DNA from: Flaccisagitta enflata | Lineage: Eukaryota | Assembly (NCBI GenBank): GCA_965153355.1 | Contig: OZ231126.1 | Span: forward strand, 62,001-126,000 | Direction of reading: 5' to 3' | Length of the DNA: 64,000 nt | In this document: piece after piece, positions 1-14,614 of the stretch | How positions within the stretch are numbered: the first letter of the stretch is position 1 | How the letters are laid out: each line of letters opens with the position of its first letter | Made by a program: the position numbers and the translations under genes | The notes under the pieces: generated by a model | What the model was told of the DNA's origin: nothing | The model's input: only the letters and a program-made list of their open reading frames with translations | Databases searched by the model: none

Positions 1-1
1 A

Positions 2-1418
2 GTATTAGAGAGACAGCAACGTCAAGAACGTCAGAGATCCTACGATTCCATCGAGAATCAACGTCGTAACTATCGACCGGCCGTTCCAGAAACGCAGTAT
101 CGGCCATCCGGATCGCATTATCAGCCCGCTGGATCACAATATCGGCCTACAGGATCAGATTACCGGCCATCAGGGCCCGGACATCGGCCTACAGGGTCAG
201 AATATCGGCCCGCGACTGCAGAATATCAGCCAACAGGGTCAAATTACCAGCCTGCAGTAGCAGAGTACAGGCCTGGGGGCTTCCAATTGGACCCCTCCCG
301 ACGCACGGTCGACTACTCGTCTTCCTCTTCCTCCTCTTCCTCTCTCTCCTCCTCTTCCTCCTCCCATCCACGCCCCAGCAACAACAACAACTTTGTCGAC
401 TCTTTCGGTTGGCCAATCGACGACCTCCTTCGCCAAACATGCAACAACGCCGGATGTCATCAACTCTGCGATCACGACGCCGCATCTCCACACTCTCGTC
501 CGCCTCGATGTCGATGCCTCCGTGGATTCGTGCTGCAGACTGACGGACGAACTTGCGTCGATCTCGACGAATGCGGAGTTTACAAAATTCGTTGCGATCA
601 TTTTTGCCGCAATACAGTCGGTGGGTTCATGTGTGCGTGTCGGGCAGGATACAGGCTGGCTGCTAATGGAAGGACTTGCGTGCCGGAGCAGAGGATTAGG
701 ATCGGTGGGGATAGTGGCGGTAGTCGTGGTGATGATGGTGGCAGGGGTGGTAGAGGTATCGTTGGAGGTGGTGACTTTGGTGTTGGTTCTGGTGCTGGTA
801 GAGTTGGGAGTGGTATTGTAGGACAGGGAGGAGCTGTCAGAGTGATCGATGGCGGGATCAGACAACCCGATTATGGACACGCTGCAGCTTCGGCAGCAGC
901 TTCAGCATCTTCAGCATCCTCTTCCTCCTCCTCAGCCTCGTATGGTGCAGCCTACGGAGCTCCGATTGAAGCAGTTGATCGCGTCGTTGGATCGAGGAAT
1001 GAGGCCGTCGACCGCATCCTTGGAAAAGGTCTTCAAAGCGACGACGGAGATCTGGAAGGCGTCGTCGTCCACGGAGGCAGAGAGGGAGTCTTTGTCGATC
1101 GCAGACCGGAAGCAGGAGGAGGAGGAGGAAGAGGAGGAGGAAGAGGAGGAAGAGGAGGAGAAGCAGGAGCAGTAGGGGGTGATGCAGGAAGAGGGGGAGA
1201 TGCAGCACCGCCGTCTTCTCTATGTCAGGGAGTTGACTGCGGCGGTGGCTGCAATGGTGGTGGGTGTGGTGATGGATGCGGCGGAGGCGCCGCAGGATGC
1301 GGCCCAGGATGCGGTGGAATAGCTGGATGCGATGATGGATGCGGCGGAAGCGCGGGATGCGGTCAAGGCTTGGTCCTGGAATCTCAACTAGGATTTCAAC
1401 TGCCGAAACTGAATCCAG
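2..1418 (+). CDS. Multi-EGF extracellular protein, first visible exon (5' truncated)
   Basis: Frame of ORF 287..1465 is open from base 2. Contains YRPxGSx heptad repeats, an EGF (TCNNAGCHQLC...), a cbEGF (DLDECG...CRNTVGGFMCAC) and Gly/Cys-rich spacer. Donor CCAG|GTGATA at 1418/1419 is phase 1 and fits the next exon, but is weak. Confidence 0.8.
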
Positions 1419-2580
1419 GTGATAATCCAAATACCCCAACAATGTGTAAACAAGACCATTTATAGCTTGTGTCTCTTATCTTGCATCTAAAGAGGACGCA
1501 TCTATTGGGCCTTGTTAGAATAGCTTACGGTGGCTCGAAAGGCTGACAAGCTAGTGATATACTAAAAGAAATACATAAATGCATATCGATGCATAAATAT
1601 ACATAAATATACTTAAATATACATAGATGCAAAAATGCACCGATTCAAGACGCTCATGTCCTTGTACACATTCTTTTGCATTCTCAGAATCTTCTGTGAT
1701 TCTTATAACGAGACCGTCAGGACGTCATTTAAAAGTATTATTAATGACATGCTCAATAATGAATTTGGCACAGTAACTCACTAAATATCACCCAAAATAT
1801 TATTAATGACGTTTGCTTCCGGGTTAGAATTCCTTTTTTCCCTTTCCTCAAACCCGCCGATTTTTCAAAACAGGCGCTCCTAGTTTTGGATGTATGATTT
1901 TGTTGATATATGCTAGAACAAGGTCGGATGCATGGCTAATTGGCTACCCTAGTCGCGCGCGGGTGGGCAGGGGCAGTGATAGATCAGGTCACTGGGGAAT
2001 TTGGGCTGGAGCAGTGAGCTTAAAACGCTCAAAAACGCTGAGAAAGTAAAAAGGGGACCGACCAACCGACCAACCGACCGACGGACAAAGCGGGGTGTAG
2101 AGTTGAGTAGCACACGACTAAAACAAGCCCGACCGGGCAAAGATGCGTCCGGGCCGTGTCTCTGCGTGTATTGATCATGTGACATATATGGAGAGACAGA
2201 TGGACGGACATATTGGTTGGTTGATCATTTGTTTCAGTGTAGGATCTCACCGTGGCCAAAAACAGCCGAGAAACGCGGTTTTTGCACTTGCGTAACGGAC
2301 ATACGGACGGACGGACGGACGGACGGACGGACGGACCGACGGACAGACCCTCTTATAGAGATGCGTTCCTGACGGACGCATCTAAAAAGAGGAAAACCGG
2401 TCATCATCATTCACACATCTCCCCAGCCAGTGTCTATCCGTCCGTCACAGTGTCTTTACTATCTGGCGGTTCAGTAAATGGGAGGTCATATTAGATATTT
2501 ATGGATTTGCAATTAATTTGTAATAATTTTTACACCAATAGATAAACGTATGTTAGAGGTTGAAACTTTTTTTGAAGATA

Positions 2581-3068
2581 CAGTGGGACCTCGGTTTAAG
2601 GGATTTCTAGGGACTGACTATTTTTGTCTCTTAAATCCGAAATCCCTTATATTGAATTTATGTTTATCAAGGATTTTTATATTAATAACAAAGGATTACC
2701 AAATTCATAGTGTAACCACATCCTTTTGCTTTAAGTATGTTGATCAATAATGATTGATTTAGTTCATGGCCGGATATTCATAGCACAGGTAACATTTCAT
2801 TATTTTCTAACAAATTTTTCTTAAAAATTATCTCAAAATACCAATTTTTTTGTTGTCAAAATTCATCAAATTTACTTAAAATTTCCCCTGATATAAGGGA
2901 TATTTTCTAAAACTTGTCTCTTAAATCCGAATATCCCTTAAATAGAGGTTCCTTAAATAGAGTTTTTTTAACATTGGAAAAGCCTGAAAAAATTTGGGAC
3001 CAGACAGTGTTGTCTCTTAAATGCGGATATCCCTTAAACAGAGGTGCCACTAAGGTGGGATTCCACTG
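2581..3068. mobile_element. pogo/Tigger-like MITE
   Basis: TA-CAGTGGGACC ... GGATTCCACTG-TA with subterminal CCTTAAAT repeats. Confidence 0.75.
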
Positions 3069-3487
3069 TATTATGTTTGTTTGCAATAAATTTTTTCGCG
3101 CAAAAAGTGATGAGCTGATCCAGGTTGTCGCCTGTCAGTACGCCTGTCAGTCCACCTGTCAGTCCGCCTGTCAGTCCGCCTGTCAGTCCATCTGTCAATT
3201 CGCCTGTCAGTCCGCCTGTCAGTTCGCCTGTCAGTTCGCCTGTCAGTCCGCCTGTCAGTCCGTCCGTTTGTCCATCTGCATGCAATTGGGCCTAGCTCCT
3301 CCCAAAACCTGAGGCTCGCGTGTGTAGGGGGAATTGAAACAGGTGCAGGTGCCCGCCTAAAATGGATGCCCGTCTTAAAACGATGTAACAATTTTGTGAA
3401 AAGGGTTACGGGCCGATCTTTGAACTCAAGAGAGAGAAAGAGAGAAACAGTGAGAGGGGAAAATGCGAATGACAGGAAATTACGAAT

Positions 3488-3599
<112 letters not shown>

Positions 3600-4493
3600 A
3601 AAACAGAAACAGACAGACGGAAAGAATCAAACAGATAGAGAAGGAAGAAGACAATCAGACAAAGAGATGGAGAAGGAAGAAGACAATCAGACAAATTGAT
3701 GGGAAGAAACAAATCAAAGGACTGAAAACGAACTCTAGTTAAAAGTTTGGAACGCTAAGTTTTTTTTTCTTTTTTCTGGAAGTGTAAGTCTTCAAATTCA
3801 TCTTTTGAAGCGTTTAGATGCGCATTATCGATCTCAATAGTGTCGTCGTATTGCAACTTGAAGCATTTTCTTTTCTGTTTGCCAGTAAATCCGCCAGGCG
3901 ATAGATATAACAGAATTTAGCAAAATCAGCTTTCATGATCATGACTCTGTGCATAATGCAGTTTTATCAATGTACATTTTATTAAATGGCGAGAAATGAA
4001 ATTACGGTTCGTCAAAATCAGAGACATCAGACAACAATTTTTCACCATATTGATTGGGCATGAAAAAGAAATGACCGCACTTTGACAGGCATGATTGATC
4101 AAAAAGAAATAGCATTTAAATTTAATTCAATGTAATAAGAATTAAGATCAATCTGTGCGGAATATATGGTGAAACGATGTCTTAAAAGTGGAATTGACGT
4201 GATTTAAATGCTCGTAACCGGACATGTCAGATCTAGGCGCTGTTTTCGCTTTCGTGTTAAACATTGTCACTTTGACAGTTAATTGACTGGAAACAACTCT
4301 TGTCAAATCTTGTAAATGATCCATTTAATCATCTTTCTTTTATTTCGTCATTCTTCTCGTTCCCTTTCTGCCACTCTGTCTATTCCTCTTTTGTCTGTCT
4401 GTCTGTGTCTTTTTGTCTTTCTGTCCGTGTCTTTTTGTCTTTCTGTCTATCTGTCTCTCTCTCTCTCTCTCTCTCTCCCTTTCATCTCTGCAG

Positions 4494-4723
4494 GCGATAT
4501 CTTACTGTCCGTCTCTGATTGTTTGGACCAGCGGGAGACAGGAGAGTTCCCCGACAAAGTGGTCTACACTGCTTGCGCTGATTTGGCAGGAACCAATCCC
4601 GAATTCAACTCATTCGAGAACAACAATAACAACAATAACAACAACAATAATAACATCAACAACATTAACGACAATATAAACAACATCAATAACAATATAG
4701 ACAATCGCCCGGTTGAGCAATTT

Positions 4724-4821
<98 letters not shown>

Positions 4822-5106
4822 CCAACGCCGGGTCGAATTTATCGAACAGGTCGAAGATGGATACAAATTTGTCGGCAAAGAAAACAATTTTGGTCACTCG
4901 TCTTCTTCTTCTTCTTCTGCTGATTCTGCGGACGTTTTAAGTCAGGACTCTCCGTACTCATCGTCGTCGTCTTCGTCGTCATCGTCATCATCATCGTCGT
5001 CATCATCGTCATCGTCATCCTCGTTCAAAACTAAAGAGGACAGAACGATTAAACCGGAAAGTGGTCAAGGCGGAGGCAGAGGAGGAGGAGTAGGAGGAGG
5101 AGGAGT

Positions 5107-5138
<32 letters not shown>

Positions 5139-5363
5139 TAGGGGGAGGAAGAGGAGAAAAAACGGAAGGAAGAAGTGGCTTTGAAACCACGGAATGCAAC
5201 CTAAACTGCAAGAATGGCGGCAAATGCTACGCTGTTGCGGACGCGGGAGCGGCTGGGGCGGCAGGGGCGGCAGGGGCGGCGGGGGCGGCAGTGGCAGAAA
5301 AGTCATACACACCACGATTCCAATGCGTCTGTCCACCAGCGTTCCAAGGAGATCGTTGTCAAG
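4494..5363 (+). CDS. Multi-EGF protein exon (polyN/polyS/Gly spacer plus EGF)
   Basis: Acceptor tctctgcag|GC after a CT tract; ECNLNCKNGGKC...CVCPPAFQGDRCQ; donor AAG|GTAAAA, phase 1. Confidence 0.85.
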
Positions 5364-5377
5364 GTAAAACATTATGA

Positions 5378-5461
<84 letters not shown>

Positions 5462-5957
5462 GGGATGATGATGATGATGATGATGATAATGTTGACGAAG
5501 ACGACGACGACGACGACGACGATGATGATGATAAAAGCTATTGATGATAAATCATAACAATTATCCTGACGACGATGTCAAAGATCATGAAAACGACGGC
5601 AAAAAAACATGGCAATAATGCATGATGACAGACATGTTAACAATGACAAATAGATTAACAATGATGACAGTCATGCTAACAATGACGAAAATCACGTTAA
5701 TGATTTCAAGAGGGCAGAATGAAGAAGTTGCTGAACGGATTACTGAGAAGCATTTTCATCCTAATCCTCTTTTAATCTGACTTTTTTCAACTTTGGATCG
5801 GGGTTTAAAAACAGCAAACGGAGAAATAGGAAATAGGGGGAGATGGTTTTAAAGGCAAATATGCCGCAAATTCAAAGCATTTCTTCATTTGTAAATTCAG
5901 CTTGACTTATCTTTGATCTCATTTGCATATTACAATTTCGTTTATTTCTAAACACAG

Positions 5958-6030
5958 ATGATGTCGACGAATGCAATGTCATCAATCATGGTTGCAACTA
6001 TGGCTGTGAAAATCTTCATGGCTCCTACAG
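5958..6030 (+). CDS. Multi-EGF protein exon (first half of cbEGF)
   Basis: acacag|AT; translates DDVDECNVINHGCNYGCENLHGSY; donor CAG|GTAGAG, phase 2. Confidence 0.9.
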
Positions 6031-6107
6031 GTAGAGAATGATGATGATGATGATGATGATGATGATAATGATGATGATGATTTTGATCTTGATGATGATG
6101 ATTAAGC

Positions 6108-6171
<64 letters not shown>

Positions 6172-6176
6172 GATCT

Positions 6177-6228
<52 letters not shown>

Positions 6229-6327
6229 AACTATTAAGAATTCAATCTTCTTGTCCACAGAGATGCAGATGCTCATTAGGACATAAATGATGGTCATATA
6301 AATGTAAATCTTTTTTTGTCTTAACAG

Positions 6328-6523
<196 letters not shown>

Positions 6524-6615
6524 TACATGGACAAAGACAAAGATTGAAAAACAGACACATAAACAGACTTTAATTTCATTTATTGTTTAATCTTCACCCC
6601 TCCCCCCCTCCTCAG

Positions 6616-6901
6616 CTATGTCGTCCCATCTGTCAAAATGGCGGTCGATGCATCACGGGCGTCTGTCGATGTCCTTTTGGGTGGACCGGAAGTTCCTGCA
6701 CGCGAGATGTCGACGAATGTGCGGCATTTAATCACGGATGCGTCCACGAATGCCGCAACTTTAGAGGAGGATTCACGTGCGTCTGCCCAAAAGGATCCGT
6801 GCTGCAACCGGATGGAAGATCCTGCGAAGTTATTCAGAATAATCCACCAGCTGATGATGATGCGTCGTCGTCGAGTTTACAGCAACAACAGCATCGTCTT
6901 C

Positions 6902-6935
<34 letters not shown>

Positions 6936-7543
6936 GTATCAACAGCATCAACCTTATCAACTTCAGCATCAAAAGCCTCAACAGCATTATGATCCACCAC
7001 AAAGACAGTATCGAGGTCATGCTGTATCATCCAAAGCCATTGACGTAGCATCACCATCATCTTCACCGCGCTTCTCGAGCGTCTTGTCAACATCTTCGAG
7101 GGTTGACGAAACTGTGCAGCCGCTTCATCCCTCACAACTGCGCCTGATTCATAATCACGAAGACAGACGGAAAAATATCATTCATCATCAGGATAAAGAT
7201 GAACAATTTGATGACAAATGGAGAAGTGGATCAAGGAAGAATAATCCAAGAGACGATGGTGATGGTGATGTTGTTGTCGGAGGACATCACTCTCATCATC
7301 AAGGACAGCGGCATCCACAGCATCATCAACAGCATCATCAACGACATCGTCAGCGGCGTCCTTACAGTCGGCTTCAACGGGAACATCACCAACGACCTTT
7401 GCAGGAGCAGCGCCATGGCGATACACTACTTCAACAGGAACATCACCAACGACCTCAGCAGGAGCAGCGTCATCGAGATACTCTTGTTGAATCAGATACT
7501 TGCCGATTTGATTACAACTGCAGACATGGAAAAAGATGCATAG
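6616..7543 (+). CDS. Multi-EGF protein exon (EGF + cbEGF, Q/H/R-rich spacer, start of next EGF)
   Basis: cctcag|CTA; LCRPICQNGGRC...DVDECAAFNHGC; donor TAG|GTTAGT, phase 1. Confidence 0.9.
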
Positions 7544-7943
7544 GTTAGTATGCTAGCATATTCAACTGAATAGATCTAATATAAAAGGAATTGCTATGAA
7601 ATATAGTGGTATGTCTGTTGTCTTCTCTGCTGACATGTGGTACATTTTGGTTCTGTATATAATTTTTTTAATAAGTTGTCTTTTACCCAACTTTTTTGTT
7701 TGTGTCCATATGTGTGTCATCTTATCATCTGCAAACATGCAACGCTCCAAGAGGCTTTATCCATCTGTCTCTTGATCTGTCCATTGGTCCATCTGTTAAC
7801 CATGCTGAAGTTGAAACCTGCATTCCTACCCCTCCCCCCCTCTCCCCCATCCACTGTGACATTATGACCCTGGTTAACTTGTCGTTTGCAAATGGCAAAT
7901 CTTGAATCTTTCTCATCGATTCATCTTTTTTTATATTTCACAG

Positions 7944-8122
7944 ATGGTAAATGTTTGTGTCCTACCGGACGCCGAGGAGATCAATGCCAAGAAGATGAAA
8001 ATGAATGTGAAAAACTGGAAACAAATCCTTGCTCACATACTTGCCATAACACCCAAGGGTCCTTTTATTGTACTTGTCCTCCTAACATGAGACTAGGACC
8101 CAACCAACACCAATGCGTTTGA
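7944..8122 (+). CDS. Multi-EGF protein last coding exon
   Basis: ttcacag|AT; DGKCLCPTG...DENECEKLETNPCSHTCHNTQGSFYCTC...CV stop. The six exons sum to 3549 nt, divisible by 3. Confidence 0.9.
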
Positions 8123-10244
8123 GAACAGCCAAAATAATCCTTTTATTGCCCGTGCCCTCCTTATGTGACAATAGGACCCTATCAACACAGATACGTGTGA
8201 GAATTGCCATTACAATTGTGGCCTTATACAGCACTTGTCTTCCCAACTTGAGGCTAGGACCCAATTAACAAAGAAACCTTTGAGAATTGCTTTGGGGCAA
8301 ACTGATAGGTCGACCAACAGAAGACAGATTCATGTGACAATTCTATATTGTTCTACTTGGAATTGAATGCTTTTGAAACACTGATTTGTAATTGGCGGTT
8401 GGTCACTTTTTGTTAAATTTGCCACCATCCTGAAGTTTTTGTGTTATTTCAGCATTTTTGCGCTGGCTCTATTATGCGATTGTCTTGAATTTCATGTTTT
8501 TATCATTTTTTCATTTCTTTGCTATCATGCGCTTATCCATCCATTTGTACAACATCACTTTTTTGGCATTTTACCAGGAAACCATAACATTGAAATATGG
8601 ATTCCAATTCAACCTCAATAATTTACACTGGTAATCTCCTTAAAATCTGTTCATGTTATGTTTTGTCTTTAGAACTTGTCAATTTTGATAGATCCATCTT
8701 AAATCCTTTTAAATTTCTGCTATTCTGACGTCACCCGATAAGCACAGGTTACAGGAAATTGGGTTCAGAATATGACTTTCGAGCAACGTTGTACCTTTTC
8801 TGCCTCTCCATGCCCATATTTCATTTGCCAATTGTTGAGTAAAGATTTCAAATTTGCCCTCATAATTTCACACAATATGATCATTTTTCCTTTTTTTACA
8901 TTTTCCAATAGTCTATGTTTGAATTTGATATTTTTCATTGTTAGAATTCTTCTTTCATCAATCATCAAGCACACCCTATTTGCCATAAATAAAAAAACAT
9001 GACTACCTCTTGGTATGGATGATGTTCATAAGCCGAATTTTATTTGATGCAGTTTCTTTTACTGGTAAGGTTTGTCTTCAAGACCCTACTACGCTACTTT
9101 ACACTGTAATAGCATCACTGTTTTACTAGGAGTGGTGTGCGTATGAACTAGTCAGTGAGGGTTCACTAGGCCCAATTGTTCACCTTTTCATACCAGGGCA
9201 TCAGTAATCTTAGGTAGAAATGGAAACCTTTTTTGATGCGTCTGTCATATCTCCATGAGAGGGTCTGTCGGTCCATCGTTCCATCAGTCCATCCTTCAAT
9301 CGGTCCGTCCCTCCGTCCTTTAAGCTTGTGCAAAAACCGCGTTTCTCGGCTGTTTTTGGCCAGGATGAGGTCCTTTACTATTTTACTCAATAAAAAAGCC
9401 GCACTTTTAAAAAGCAAATTGTCATATTGAATTTTAACATAAGTATTCATAATCTTAGACTGTTAGAAAGCTCTTGAAAAGATCTTTCATTTGGCTCCAA
9501 TCTGGTAAATCTAGCTTTATTTGTTTAGAAATGGCATAAGAATGAGTAAAAACATTGCCATTATCAGTTTGCAATCCGATTGAAAGATGAGCATTTTTAC
9601 AAATTAGAAGATAACTTTGACAAGCTCTAGCTCCTAAATCGTTTGAGATAAAGATCTGGGATTAGTCTGGAATAGTGGAAAATTTGAAGATCTTTAAAAT
9701 CGTTGCAACAGAAAAACATTTAAATGATATCTCTTTCTCATTCATCAACTTAAAATAGGGTGCAACTTTTTTTTTTTTTTTTTTGAGTCGAGTAGTACTA
9801 AATTCAATGTGTTTTAAGAGCCTCTTTTGCTGCTCTGTTATGTAATCTGTCTGTTTGTCAACATGTCTCTCAATATGCATGCATACCATATGTAAAGCGC
9901 CAAATTCAATACACGCAAAGTCTCAGTCCGGACGCATCGTTGCCCAGTCGGGCTTGTTTGACTGTAGGGTGCACAAAATGCTGACTTGACTGAAATCCAA
10001 TGGCAAATTGGGAATGCCCGTTGAATACGCTAGTGGAATATTGATATGCACAACGGGACAAAAATAAGATTTAAAAGAACTAGTCATCCAAGGATCGCAC
10101 ATGGTCAGCGGTACCCGATGCCCTGCTGGGAGTGATCCAATGAAGAAGTGGAGCGAGAGCAGGGCAGCGGCCTCAAAGGGCCGATGTCCTGTAGAACACA
10201 GGGGGAATTTCCAGACGTCCTGTGGGGGCATATTTCAGGCCTTA

Positions 10245-11434
10245 CTACCTAGGAAAAAAGTCTACGTTCACTTGCGGGAACAGTGCATTTATGCAAAAAA
10301 TAACAACCAAGTTTGGTGCTTTTTTTTTTTAAGAACTTCATTTGATGTCCCGCCTAGACTATCAATGCTTCCATTTGACATAGTAACAATCTGACTCAAC
10401 ATGAATTCTACCGAGATATGTCACAAGAACTTTTAAGCAACTTTTTTCCACCTGTTCAGTTGATATCACTCATTCCTCTTATACCAGATGCTTTATTTTG
10501 GGCAAAAGGTCATCAACAGGAGTGACATTGGGACTTAGTGGCACCATCTAATGCCTGCGCATGAAAAAAATCAATCCTAACAAACACAATCTACGAAGAC
10601 AGTAACTTAGATACATGTTAATAACAACGCTCACCAAACCTGATTTTTTTGCATTTACCAAAAAGGTGTATCATCTAAAAATCGCTCTCAATTCTAAACG
10701 CTTTGAGCCACAGGAACGGGATAGGTCCCAAATGATAGATTTTTCGAAGTACTATCTAGGAAAAAAGTATATCTACACCTTCTACCAAGGATATCTGCGG
10801 TTCTAGAAATGCTAGATAGATTTAAAAAAAAAACAAATTAAACGTCATCAAAAAATCTTCAAAATGAGTTTAATCTGGTTGCTGTATCTTAAACCGTTTA
10901 AAAATTACAAGCGAAAATGTAAAAGACATTCATTTTCAAAATCAAAAAAATATAAAAGACAGCAGAATGCAGAAATTATAGACAGCTTTAAATCAACATA
11001 TCTCCGCTTCTAGAGCAGCTAGTACAATTTTTAAAAAAACAAAATTATCTACATCAAAAAATCTAGAAGATGAACTCATTCTGGTTTCTGTGGTTTTGTA
11101 TGTTTCGAAATGGCAGATATGAATATAAACTTCTTCCTAAATTATAAATTTGCCTAAGAGTGTTAACACCATATCCTCTATAATAAGTTAGAATGGCTTT
11201 AGATATTGCTTCCAAAAACTTTGAAAAGAATTTTTAATTAAAAAACAAGTTATTTTATATATTAGCACTTTTTGTATAATCATTAAATAAATATTAGGTC
11301 ACTAAATCATATTGTATCCCAGGTGTAGATATACTTTTTTCCTAGGTAGTAGTTTCTGAATCTCACTCTTCCTACTTATCAAAACTAGAAATATAGTTAT
11401 CATTACTTATAGGTGAACTTTTTTTCCCAGGTAG
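10245..11434. mobile_element. TIR element containing an inner copy of the same TIR pair (10752-11349)
   Basis: TA-CTACCTAGGAAAAAAG / CTTTTTTTCCCAGGTAG-TA outside; CTATCTAGGAAAAAAGTATATCTACACCT / AGGTGTAGATATACTTTTTTCCTAGGTAG inside. Confidence 0.75.
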
Positions 11435-12034
11435 TAGATGACTGATTCAGGCCACTGAAGGCATATTCGAAGGCTCGAGGGCAGAATTAAGGCTTAGCGA
11501 GCAGATTTAAGGTTTGGAGGGCAAATTTGAGGGGCAGAGGGCTGATTTGATGCTTGGAGCTGTAATTGATGGTCTGGAGGGCAGATTTGAGGTCTGGAGG
11601 GTAGAATTGAGGCAGAGGGGGCTGATTTGAAGCCTGGAGGGCTGATTTGAGGCCTGGAGGACTGAATTGAGGTCTGGGAGGGCTAATTTGAGGCATTGAT
11701 GGTCAATGGATGGGGGTGAAGGACGGATGGAAGGACGGATGAACGGAAGGAAGGATGGACATCTGGAAATTCCCCCTGTGTTCTACAGGACATCGGCCCT
11801 TTGAGCCGCTGCCCAAAAAGAATACTAAAGGGACCATAACTCGCAGCTCAGATCAGATTCAAATGCATGAAGAACCAAGCGACTGATCGACCGATGGTCG
11901 ATGGAGATGACCCTAGCTATTGGCGTCTGAGAAAATTACTTTAATTACTCAGATGTTAACCTCAAAAAAGCTTCCTAATGCAGCTTGACACATTCATTTA
12001 ATCATAACGAGAGGAGAAAACTTTATTGTCGGAC

Positions 12035-12095
<61 letters not shown>

Positions 12096-12186
12096 CTCTC
12101 TCTCTTTTACTCTCTCTCTCTCTCTTTTACTCTCAACCGTGTAACAAGGTTCTTTTATTAAGATCTCAAGTTTTTTTCATCTCTCT

Positions 12187-12245
<59 letters not shown>

Positions 12246-13151
12246 CCCCCTTCATTTTCTTATTTTCTTTTACAAAATCTATCAATACCACTAGCATACA
12301 AACTATCAACGCCACTAGCCTACAAGCTATCAACACAACTAACTTAAAAGCTTCGAATGCGAATATTGAGAAGTTCAAATCAAATTGATGTGTTTTATTC
12401 ATGATCGTTGACCGTTATTTGGGCAGGGCTGTTTCTTTGATCCACAACTTACTTAAACTTCTTAGGCAAATAGTCTAGTTTTGACTTACATGATATTAAA
12501 TAGTCTTAAAAGTGTTAGATGGTCAGCGGTTCCCGATGCACCTAGGAGGGTGTATATGGGGATAAGATAGTCAGAGGGGCAGCGGCCTCAAAGGGATTGA
12601 TGAACTATGCCAAGGTGCATGGAGAATCATGAAGCATTTTATAGCACAAGGCTGAGGTTTCGGCCCAAAATTGGATTTGAGCCCCGAGGGGCTTTGAGGC
12701 TTGGATTTGGGGCCAAAGGGCCAAGATTAAGGCCCAAAGCTGAGATCTAGGCGTTTCGGCTGGGATATGGGCCTTGGGGCTGGGATTTGGGCCTTGGGGT
12801 TGACATTTAGGGCTTGAAGCTGGGATTTGGGCCTCGAGGCTGCAATTTGGGCTGCAAGGCTTCAAGCCTAAGAGGTCAGATGGGGGTCCATTTTTGGTTT
12901 CTTTTGGTAATTGATTCTGACGACTAACAAACTCGACCAACAAACTCGCATCAGCCTCGTTGACAAATACCAAAGTGAAATTCTTTCTAAAGGCTAAATG
13001 GTTTTCTTTGAAGAAAAAAAATCCCTTGAATTTAAAGGTACTTTATCATAAGAAAGTGAATGGGGAAAGATGGTGGGGGGGGGTGACAGGATAAGTTTGT
13101 TTATAGATGAGCTACCGCTCTGTTGAAATGGTATCAAAATCCAGCACTGTA

Positions 13152-13848
13152 CAGTAGATGTCGTCTAGCCTTGGAAATAAGGGGGAATTCATATTAAGAA
13201 AACTATTGATCATGAAGGGATGATATTTGGAATGTGAACTAATAAAAGGATGCTTTATTGACGATGGGTGTCGTTTGCCATTGAAACACATTTCCATATA
13301 TTATCTTCTTCTTATTTTGAGAAATTTTTTGAGGGATTGCTTAAAATCCAATTTGCTACAACTTTCCCACAATATGTTCTGTAAGAATATCGCTCTTTAG
13401 CCATTGCTAGGGAGTAGGGAGTGTAACTATGTGTGACAGCCCTATGACGTTCCCTAGTAACAGCTAAACGCGCGATATTCTAACAGAACAAATTTTAGGA
13501 AAGTTGTTGCAAATTTGATTTTAAGCATTTTTCCCTCAAAAAACTTTTCAAAATATTTTGAAAATGGTTTTATTAGTTATGAGAAATCATGCACAAATTG
13601 ACAAGAAACTATGCCAATTTGTGCATGATTCCTCATAACTAATAAACCATTTTCAAGTTGGGCTGTCTGTATGTGCAATAACTCTCCAATCAATTCTGAA
13701 AATATTGATACTTAAGCGGGAAAACATGGAAACCAGCTCCCATTGTCAATACAGCATCTTTTTATTAGTTCATATGCCAAATATCAGTCTTTCATGTTTA
13801 TTTATATTTCCTTATATGAATTCTATGAAGTCTAGACGACATCTACTG
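13152..13848. mobile_element. Tc1/mariner-type MITE with internal hairpins
   Basis: TA-CAGTAGATGTCGTCTAG ... CTAGACGACATCTACTG-TA. Confidence 0.85.
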
Positions 13849-14614
13849 TACATGAGTGTCCCTGGAAAATCATGTCCACGAATGTAAAAAATGTTTTCAC
13901 GAGAAAAGCTTTCCATTACTGTGCGATATCAGCAATCATTTCACTTAAGATTTGCCCATCCTAAGATGAGCCAGTTGTCTGCATGCTGTCAGCATTTTGT
14001 CAGCATGTTTGGTCAGCATGTTGTCAGCATATTTTGTCTTTCGGTTCCATCAAATGAGTTGTCGGCATGTTTTGTCTTGGAGTTCCATTAAATTGATTGT
14101 CAGTTGTCAGCTTGTTTTGTCTTTTGGTTCATCAACTAAGATTTCTTGGTTTGAAGGATTAAGAGAAAGGGGCCGAGGGGGGGGGGGATGGGGGCAATGG
14201 GGGCAATGGGGGCAATGGGGGCAATGGGGGCAATGGGGGCAATTGGGGCAAATGGGGAAAATCAACAAGACAAGTCAACACTAATTAACCTCTTCATTTT
14301 CATCATCCTCTTTTTCCTCTTCATCATCATCTTTTCATTTGACTTAGTCGGCGTCCAATGAAACAAAAAAAAAAAAACAAATTCCCCTCTACCCTCTGCT
14401 CTTGTCTCTCTACTCTCCATCTTCTTCCCTCTAACCTCTGCTCTGGCCCTCTTCCCTTTACTCACTACCCTCCACCTTCTTCCCTCCATCCTCACTCCCT
14501 CAATCATTTTCCCCTTTACCTTCTGTCCTTCCTCTCCGTCTTTTCCTCTCCTTCTTCACCTATCACCCATCACCGTGTACACTACGCTGTCCCATTTACA
14601 CTCAAATGCCTTAT

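Noticed and set aside
8120-8200. Stop-codon read-through into the in-frame second copy
   Set aside because: A TAA follows four codons after the TGA.
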